Assembly: GCA_051362555.1 (NCBI GenBank) | Contig: CM120647.1 | Span: 16,468,651 to 16,532,650 of the forward strand | Reading direction: 5' to 3' | DNA length: 64,000 nucleotides | Origin: Lingula anatina | Lineage: Eukaryota; Animalia; Brachiopoda | In this document: positions 38,501 to 48,600 of the stretch, piece by piece | Layout of the letters: the number at the start of each line of letters is the position of its first letter | How positions within the stretch are numbered: position 1 is the first letter of the stretch | Notes under the pieces: model-generated | Databases searched by the model: none | The model's input: the letters and a program-made list of their open reading frames with translations, nothing else | What the model was told of the DNA's origin: nothing | Position numbers and translations under genes: made by a program

Positions 38501-41500
38501 CAGTCTGTATATACCATTCTGACGAAAAAAAAAAAAAAAAAAGGAATCTGCAAAAAAAAAAAAAAAAAAATCTAAGCGAGCACAAGAAAACATTTAAGTC
38601 TTTTGCTGATAGTATCATGCAAGTTATAAAAGTGAAAACGAAATATATAAAAGAAAATGCACATGATAGCACAAAGGTCTATGTGTTAAAGTTCTGGAAC
38701 CTCAGACAAAACACCTCAACATCCAGATTTTCAGATTAATCCAGAAGAGGTTCATCTCTTGTCATAACACTGGGGGTGGGGGGAGGGGATGTCACCAAAT
38801 CCAAAACTTACGATCACGTCCTTTACCTTGGTATCCCATCATGGGGGGTCTGGGCTGATTGTAGGCCATGACCCCCTGCTGAGGTGGCCCATACCCGCCC
38901 CCTGGTGGCATGTTGTAGTTGTCACGCCCTGGGGGCATCGGCATGCCGCCCTGACGATTGGCGGGATGTTCCGGTAGCTGGGGACGCTTGGTGTCCAGAA
39001 GATAGTTGTTGAAGAATGCAACCTATGAATCAAGACAAGTTGAAGAATGCAGTCAATAATTCAAGCAGAGTTGAACAGTACAAACTTTTAATTAACAAGA
39101 GTTAACAAATACAATCTTTAAATTAAGAAGTAGAAAAATACAGCCTTTTAATAAAAGAGCTGAAGAATAAACCTTCAATTCTGAAAGGTTTTTATTTGCT
39201 TCTTTGAAAAAACTTTTAAAGGTTTTCCCTTTTTCTTCTTTTTCAACAACTAAATCTCTCAAAATACTTCTCTCACGAAAAAATTAAATTTGTTTTTCTT
39301 TTTCCGTCTCTTTTCTAACCTCTTGTTTTACTTCATCAATCTTCTCCCCATGTTTGTTTAGGATATGTTTCCGTACAAATTCGGGGCCTTTAAATTTCTT
39401 CCCACTCAATGGACATAACCACTTGTCCTTTCCAAGCTCCTGAGTGTTGGCGTTCACAAATTTTTCCACCTCTGTGACAATTGTTAAGGTTATTTAGTCT
39501 CTCTTTTTTAACTTTTGGTTATTTAAATGTTTAGTATAAAAGTAGGAAAGAACTTGGAGAGTGCTAGTGTGATGAAACCGAGGGTCCCTGGAGTAGAGGG
39601 TCCACCCTCCACCTTAGGGTAAGCCTCACCTAAATGGGTCAAAATCTAAGACAAGGCTTACTGTCCAAATGAATGGGAACTGGACTCTCTATCATGGGGG
39701 ACTCTTTGTCACATTACACTGGCCTCACCAAGGTATATCAATTCTCATTATTATTTACACAATACATTACGGAACACCCTAATCTAATGGATTTTAAGTT
39801 AAACTTTTATCTGAATTTGAATATTATTATTATTCAAAATCATTTTTAGGTCTGGCTTACGAAGACAAGTCATTTTGCAAGATGTGAAGACAGGGATACA
39901 TATGTTTCTGGGCATTTACAATTTCGTGCAGAAAGTCAAAAAATATTTTGCAAAAAAATTGTACTAATCTGAAGTTTATATTTTAATTGGAGGGTGACAC
40001 TACTGCCAGTTTATCTTTCTAAATATTTTACTGACATCAGTTGAATGGAATTTTTTTTTTTCTTACAGTGTCTGCAAAACAAGTTGAAATCGATGCAGGC
40101 CCATTACATAAAGTGTTAATTACTTCCGACAAAATTTGCACACCTAACCCTTTGACATTCATTAACTTAATATGTTAAAGAAATTATGAAATATATGAAT
40201 TCATTCCGGAAGTTCACAGTCAGGTTAGACCATGGCAGGAAGCTAACGAGACAGTGTTTCCAGACAGTGTAAAACAACCCAGACAAAATTTCCAACATTT
40301 CTTGAAGTCTTTCAAAACTGTATTCACTAGGTGTAACAATCTATGCAATAGTTGTAAGATCTGACTGATCAAAATAAAAACAGACAATTGCAGTGTCAAT
40401 GTCTGACAATTACAATGTATGTAAATAAATAAATATATAAATAAATATTTTTGAGTTCCATTTTAAAAGTGTAAACAAAGCACAACTCCAGGCACCAATG
40501 TTACCAGAACAGTGACACAAACAAACACCACTTTTACTCAAATCAGTGACAAACAACTCTTGGCATTAGGACAATAATCTCCATTCCTCATCCCTCCACC
40601 TTATCCATATCACTGTTTTCCATCAGGACCAAGGGACTGGCAAAATTTTAATGACACTCCTGATTGCAATCAAGGGTTGTCCATCCAGGGTTACCTGTAC
40701 CTAGGTAAACAATAGGTGACACTCTTAATTGCAGTATTAAGCTGGTTACCTGGGCTGGGTGTACCACACCTATCTGTGCAAAACTCAGGTGAGCAATTAT
40801 AGTCACTCTTGATTGCAATCAAGACAATTTACCTAGGCTACCTGGCTACAGGTAAACAATACCTGATCCCCCTCTTAACTGGATGGGTGAACTTTTTACC
40901 TGGAACTTGTTAACAACTAAGTTAGGTGCTAATCAACTGTGTCGCAAACACTCCTGCCAACTTTGTATTAAAATCCAATCAACCAATCACTGGTAACAGT
41001 CCAAAGTCAACTTGACAGGGTGGCCAATCATAGGTGTGGAGACAAAGTGGCAGCTGGCAGGTTGTTGGCATGTTATAAAAGGGGAAGCCCCATGGCATGT
41101 GTGACATTTCTGGTGTCAACCTGCCAGCCTCAAGTGTCAGCCTCTGTGTCAGGAACCAAGAAGTTATTGTTGTGGAATCAAGATACACTGCCATCAAGTA
41201 CAAGGTGCCAGCAGTGCCAGTCTCAACTGCTAAGAAGTGTCAATTGCCAAAAATAGTGTCAACTTCCCCAAATGGAGAGCAAGCTGAAGACACCTGTTTG
41301 TGACAACTCAGAGGTATGTACGATGTTACAGTGTCACATCTCCAGTTCAGGGATGAGACTTCTTGGCTACCAAAATTTCGGAAATCCACTGTTGGAAATA
41401 TCCAATTAGTTGGAAATCCATAGAAAGTTGAAAAAAGTCATCTTTGCCAGTGACAGTTGTATCATATCATCATCTATGTCTTATGGTTTTTCATAGAGCT

Positions 41501-44500
41501 GCCCCTTAAATAAACTATTACATGATCGTTATTTCAACTTGAAGCAAAACAATTTTATGAAAACATCTGATATAAATACTTTTGGTTAATAGTACAATAG
41601 AGAGTCACTGCGATTCAAATTCTGTTGTCTCTTCTAGATCATGTTCATTTTCATACAAAAAATATTTTCTGAAAGACAGTAATAGTAGATGTGGGTTTTT
41701 TCATGCTCATTCAAAAATAATTTTTCAAATCAAAGCAGCCATAGTTGCCCTTAATGAAAAAAAATAGACCCAGTATCCTTATTCATTAACAAGTCACAGC
41801 GGGTCTCACTTTCTGTTACTTCCTTTTCCAAGTAATCAAAACCTATTGTATTCAATTTGCACCTATGACTGTAAACCGCAAAGAAGTTATTTTTGTGCAT
41901 AATGTATTCCCAGCTCATATATTAATGCATCCTTTCACCTCATTCTTCCAGGTTACATCGGACCATGCGCCAGGTCTCTATTCCTGCCGTCAAACAGATT
42001 CCTCCATGACGCCTAGTTCACCAAGCACCGAGCAGTCCGTCGGGCATTTCTCTTATCCGTCACTTACCCGAGAGGCACCAGGAGTAAGCGTAGGCACTGG
42101 GGCAGACTACATGGCTTTATACAACTTGCTGCAACAAGAGTGTTACTCCACCAACATGCCCTCCAGCCTTCTCTGCAGCCTCCCCCGTCCGACACAAGTC
42201 CCCATCAAAACACGAGCGTCGTTTCTAGAGCTGCAGTTCATGCGTCTCCAGTTCAAAGCCAGGGATCAGGTGAGAGACTTACGCAGTGTGTATCTGGATC
42301 AACGACATCAGCTGGATGGGGAACGTCGTCAGGCTCTAGCATCCGTCACCAGTGCCGGCTCCGACCCTGTTAAACAAGCTATCAATCATCATTACGATAC
42401 GATTGAATACCAGCTGGTGGAGCGTGTGCAGAAGAGTCTACAGCTTCTAGAACAGTTCGTCTCTCAGAGGACAGACACGGAACACTCAAATCTTCTGACT
42501 GTCACTTGTGACGCAGACTTTGCACGCAGCTACGAAAGCCCCATTTCACCTGAAGCGCCATCTATACCAGAGACCTACAAAGCACCTGTTCCGAACAATC
42601 GTGAAAATTGCGACAATTTTACAAGTCCCATGACCACATCTCCTCCATCTTGTGGTAGCACAGTCGTGTCCTCCACAGTCACACTGACTCAGCGGAAACC
42701 CAAAGGAAAATGTCGTCCAGCTCCATACGTTCCACGCCCAAGTAACCAAAGCTTTTTCACAAGCCCACTTCGAAAATGGCTGTCTGAGAATGGATACAAC
42801 CTATTTCCTAGTCACAAGGTTATTATGGAACTGTCTGTCACGACGGGCCTGACTGTCACTCAAGTTACACGGTGGTTTGAGAACCAGAGGGCAAGACTTG
42901 CTAAAAGGGCAGCAAACTTATCATGAACTTGTCACAATCTAGAACTGTTCGTATGATCACAACTTTACAGTTGCCAAACAAACCTCATACTTCTCTTGAA
43001 CTGAAACTGTATGTACTATCAGAATACAAGACTGCCTAAGACACTTCATTCTAATCATGAACTAGGACTGTTTGTAGTCAGAATGTGATATTTTACTTGC
43101 CAAATAACAACCTCTGTTAATAGCCATAGAACCCCTTACAAAGTAAATGGTGTACTTCAAAAGAATATTAAATGTAAACTTGTGACTAATTATGTTAATA
43201 TTGTAAATATTTTTGTATCAGTGTGTGCAAAATTGGAACTATCTGTACATTTATCTGCCTAAGCATGTAAAATGAATCTTGTTCAGAGGTTTGATTTCAG
43301 TAATAATACTGTTATACAATGTTTCATTTCAAAATCTCATACTGTGTCAATCTTAATGGTAGTTAGTCTTTTCTCCAGAAAGTTTGTCAAATGTACAACT
43401 GGTTGCATAACATTTCACTTATCATTGTGACTAATTATTTATTCTATGGTATTTACATCTGAGGTCTCATGTCTGCCAAATGTTGCATGCACATCTTGTT
43501 TAATTGTTTCTATGTTACAGTAATAAAACAAAATATCATCAAATGCCTTTTTTCTTGGTGCACATTCTATACCCAATACTTGATGATAAGTATTTGTACT
43601 TGCAGTTATTTAGTAGACTTATAGAGAGTTTTCTCAGTCAAAAAACTATATCCCTACTGGTCACTTTCTGAATTTTCAACACCAGGAGAAGTCACATGTC
43701 CATATGTGACTTAATAGTTTATGGAAAGTGGAATTAACTTGATTCTAGGATGAGACTAACATCTTAAGATAATTCACAAATGAGCTTTTAGATGCCAGTC
43801 AACATTCAATTAGCATTCTTGAACTACAATAACTATGATAAGCTATCTGTGCAGAGCACAAAGAACCCCGTTACATCCTTTCATATCACCTACTTCAGGT
43901 TGAAATAATCCAAAATATTGTTTAAATAATTCTGTGACAACAACATGTTAACATGGATGAAAGTTGTAGAAACTGTAAAGCCTGATGATATAACTTGCAA
44001 TTTCTCATTGGATTTAGACCACTTCAAAAATGAAAAAAAAAAAATCAAAATGAGGGCTGAAAATCATGAAATCAGGCATCATCCTAAAAACTCTCACCCA
44101 TGTTTAGTACAACACAGCAAAACATATACATCAGGGTCTTTCTTTGTTTCCCTGCCTCTTTGAGAGGAGTTCACAATTCCTAATATGACATCTGTCTAAA
44201 ACTTTTCTGACCCAAGTAAAGTAGTAAAGAGTAAAGGATATATATCTGGGTCTTTCTTTCCCAGTTTCCCTGCCTCCTCCTCCTCTAGCTGTCCTTTCAT
44301 CTCCAACAGGTGCTTGATTTTCTGCTCAAAGTTGTTCACCCACTCACTGACTGGAAAAAGCAGTTGACACTCAGTGAATCAAATGCATTGAAAATGATTG
44401 GCAGGTAAATCAACTTAGATAATATTAACAGTGAATAAATCACCTGCAATGAAGATCAGCATACAGTAAATGGACTGCAAATTGATAAGCAGTTGACTGA

Positions 44501-45568
44501 CAAAATAGTTGAAGAATGGCTTGTCTTGCACTCAGTGACATCTATTTTGCTGCTCCTTATTGTAAATGATAACAGTGACCATTCTCCCTTTCACAACGAT
44601 TTCACAATGCAACTTTAGTCCAAAATGCATTAAGCAGAGAGCTGGATGAATAAAAACAAAATTAATAAAAAAAAAGTTTGGATCAAGAGTCTGCTGCATT
44701 GCACTTACTATTTTAGAGACCAAGCACACATTAGATAAAAGAAATTAAATGTGCAAGATTAAATAAGATATCCATCTCTACTTACTGTCAGACTGAGTCA
44801 GCTTATTAATGGGGATAGCTGCGCGTGCATGCATGATCCCACAACGATGTGGCATCTCATCTTCCTGAGGATATTCTGCACCGCTGTAGTAGTCAACAGA
44901 GAACACAATACGCAGGTAGAGTATCATCTTGTCCAGTACCTAAAGTATGCAGTTAAAGGATCAGGAAAGAAAAAAAAAATAGAAAAAAACTATTTTTTTT
45001 AATTTTGTTTACAAAATTTTGTTTGCAATAAGTCACTTTATCATTTCAACAGTATATTTTAGCCTAAGTTACCAAGTAAAATTATCTCAAAATGTTTATG
45101 TTGAAGATCATCTGAATATTTTTGCCATTGCAATTTAACGCTGAATAAACATGCTCAAGCTTCAGATCTAATAAACCTGCAGCAGCAGTCAACTCAGTTT
45201 GCAAGGGGACTTCATCAACTAACTAATGACCTGCTTTGCTGCTTCAGAAGTAAAAAGATTTTTTTCAGCCAAGAAGGCAAAGCTTTCCCCGGCAAACTGA
45301 CCTTCATCACTTTTTCATCTCTCTCTGGAGTGATCTCCCCGTTCTGGCCATCTTTCTTCTCCTCCAGTGCCTCCTCTCCCAGTAACTCCTCCTCCTCGTA
45401 ACTCCCCTCCTCTACCAAGTAGTCTGTTATGTTCTTCAACACTGGGTTTTTGGATACTAACCCAAAACTCTGAAAACCATGAGACATTCTTTATAAAGAG
45501 CTTTATACAGAGTGGACTTCTGTAATAAAAAAAATCCTGAAAATATAAATGCAGCTCTATATGGGAGT

Positions 45569-45618
<50 letters not shown>

Positions 45619-48600
45619 GGGGGGCGGGGGGGGGGGGGGATGGGGGGTACAAATACAACACCCAAGTAATAACCTGTTGCAAAAAAGAGCTTCAGATCCC
45701 TAAAACTGCTCTGAACATTAAGACCACAAATCTGGAATTTCTAGATAAATCCACAGTGGTCCAATTAAATGCAATGTTTTCTCTTTTTTTTTCAAAACAA
45801 GAAAGACCAGGCTTGGACTAACCTGACGGCAAATAACTGAGAATGGGGAACAGATTAGGTGAACCTTAAAAAGAAAAATACAATATGTGAAATTCACAAT
45901 TTTTCCCCATTGTTAAAGATTGAGTTATTACGATACCTCTTTCTCTTTGTCTCCCTTCTCGTCTCCGTCCTCCCAGAGCCCCCACTTCCTGTCCAGGACC
46001 TGGATGATCTTGGCGGTGTTTTTGATATCTTGTCTCATTATTGCGCGATGACACGTGATGCCGTTGATTGGGCGGATACGCTGCTTAATGTCGCGATTCA
46101 CTATAGCACCCATTTCACAGTCACGGAGCTGTAAGAAAAAAAATTCAACTTGGTCTGAACTTCCTCAAGATATTTAATAAGATGACACTTTTATCTAAAC
46201 AAATTTGGAAATTGTTGTAGATCTATTATTTTCAAATATATCTGACATGAAGTAAAACAAACAATGCATCCCCATCTCTGTTTCTCCCAAGAAATTACTA
46301 AAAAAAATTTTTGTTTAATGAAAAAAGGAAAAATTTGCATTTTTGTAGCCAAATTAAATCATCTTTTATGCATGGCAAAAATCTCTCAATTCCTGGCAGA
46401 GTAAAGAACTATCTTCCCCTTACCCTTATATTATTAAGATTCCAGCAGATATCCTTAATGTTGACATTGCGTTCAAATGTCACCCAGCCCCTCCTGAACC
46501 AGCGCCTCTCTGGCTGTGGGTCTTGAAGCGCCACTCTCATAAACCCTGGGTAACGCTTGCACATCTGGAAGAAGTAAGGGGACAGTATAGAGGTCACAGG
46601 TACTGCTTTTATTATTACTAATTGTGAGGGCTGATAATTTGTTCACAGGTTGTGTTTTGATCCTTGTGCAATGCTTGCACATGATGCATATCTGAAAGGA
46701 AGGGATATGCAGAGCAGCTCTCTTGCCGTCTCTCTCTTGCTCTATCGCGTGCGCACGCACACACACACACACACACACACACGGATATGTATATAACTAT
46801 GATCTTGTTTATTTATTTGTAGAAATTATAAAAAGTTAACCACTCACTGCTTCAACTTCCTGCTTGGTAATTGTAGGGGCCAGATTTCTCAGGAATATTG
46901 ACAGAGTTTGGTGCAGAGGTCTAGGTCTGGTGTCTGCCTCTTCTTTCTCTTCTCCTTCTTCAACCCCAGATTCTGAGACTGGGTTAAAAAATCAAAAACT
47001 GTTTAAATTGCACATCATCAACATCATCACCATCGTTACAATTTATACCAACAGTCCAATCTAGCAGACACCACTTTGAGTGAAAAGGACCATAGCCACA
47101 GATATCAGTTATTCATAAATGCAAGGAGTCCAGAATTTTCTTTCAAAATTGCATTATTGTACATAAAATATAGATAATATAAAAACCCTGCCCACCTCCT
47201 TTCTCCTCTCCCTGTTTCTCCTCTTTGGTGTCCGTCCCAGGGGCCTGCTCTCCTGTCCCTGGGGGTGCTGGTTCATCATCAACCCCAGGGGGCGCTGGCT
47301 CTGACTCAGAGTCAGATCCACTCTCAGATTCTGAGCCACTTTCGTAGCTGTATTCCGTCTTGTCACGATGGCGTTTCTTTTTCTTGTCCCTCTTCTCACT
47401 CTGGAGGAAGGAAAGACTGGCGCATTGTAACAATTCTTAATTTGAAAGCATTTCTAAGATTTGTGGTATTCGTTTTTTTTTTGTCAAAGATGCTTTATTA
47501 ATGATTTAACAAACATTTTGTTTTATTTCTCAGACAAGATACTGTCATGTTGAATTTAATTGTGCCTGAAAAGGTATTCATATCATGATGCTTCATTTTG
47601 ATTTGTGAAACATTATCATGGCTGTACAATAATAATGCTAAACAAGTATTTTTCCAAAATGGTTTTTCTTTATTACCTCCCCTTCTTCCTTGTCCTTCTG
47701 CTTGGAGAATTCCTCAGCCTTTTTCTGTAATTCTTCTTGTTCTGGATTTATATTTAGTTTAACAGGTTCCTGCTTTATTAAAGAAAAAATAAAAACAGTA
47801 TACATCAGACCTGTATGCTACTCATAGATAATACCAGAAAAACAACTTGACATTACTAGAAATTTTGTAAAAAAATTTTCCAAAGCAAAGATTTTTTTCC
47901 ATCAAATATATATCAAAACATAGTACAGGGAGGAACAAAATATTTTGATCAAAAATAAAAAGCAAACTTACGTTATCTGACTTTTGGCGATCTTCCCTTC
48001 TGCTGCTATCATCAGATGCCCTGTTTTTAAAAGTTCAAGGTCATTTAAAGGTCAAGATCATACTAAGGTTACAATATAGACAACTTAGTGTATAAACAAA
48101 GATGCTTTAAAAGATAACCTTAGTTAAACAAGTTTTTAAACTAAATTCTTTTTACCTGCCCCTATACTACTTCAGCAATGCATTCAGGGAATGGTGCAGA
48201 ATCCTCCTTGCCTAACCGACAAACTCAACTATACCCACCATATTTAGTGTCCAAACCCACTTGTACCCACCCTTTATCTGGTGTCTGTGACTCTGAGTTA
48301 GGTCTGCTTCTCCTTCCCTCCTCCAGTTTCTCTGCAGGCATCTCCAGTACCTTGAGGTCCTGCTCATTGCCTCCTTCCAGCAGTATTATGGCTGTAATAT
48401 TGAATTGTGTTAGGTGAGACACAAGGAATTGGCTGTGAAAATTGTGATAGCTGTGATAACTGAATATACAATTGTGTATTTAATACAGTGGAAATTTCCC
48501 AAATTATAATACCCCTACCCCAGTGAAGACACAACTCACCTGCATCCAACAACTTCACCAAATTATCCGTCTTCTCGATATCCACGCTACAACTGTCCAC

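Larger units (their letters stand above)
39474..44241 (-). other. U12-type (minor spliceosome) AT-AC intron of Ars2, 4768 bp
   Basis: The 5' splice site is ATATCCTTT (44241-44233), the branch point is CCTTAAC (39489-39483) and the terminal AC is at 39475-39474. Splicing gives in-frame KDPD-I-EVEKFV, matching Ars2 KDPxxEVEKFV. No GT donor is available at that exon end. Confidence 0.92.

Noticed and set aside
41865-41951. ORF-track start of the 353-aa homeobox ORF
   Set aside because: This stretch ends in a polypyrimidine tract and CAG, and an upstream exon with TATA, ATG and an in-frame donor exists. It is more likely intronic.
45931-45936. GTATCG donor as a second U12 intron in Ars2
   Set aside because: It lacks the CCTT extension and a U12 branch point, and the acceptor is an ordinary TTTTCAG.
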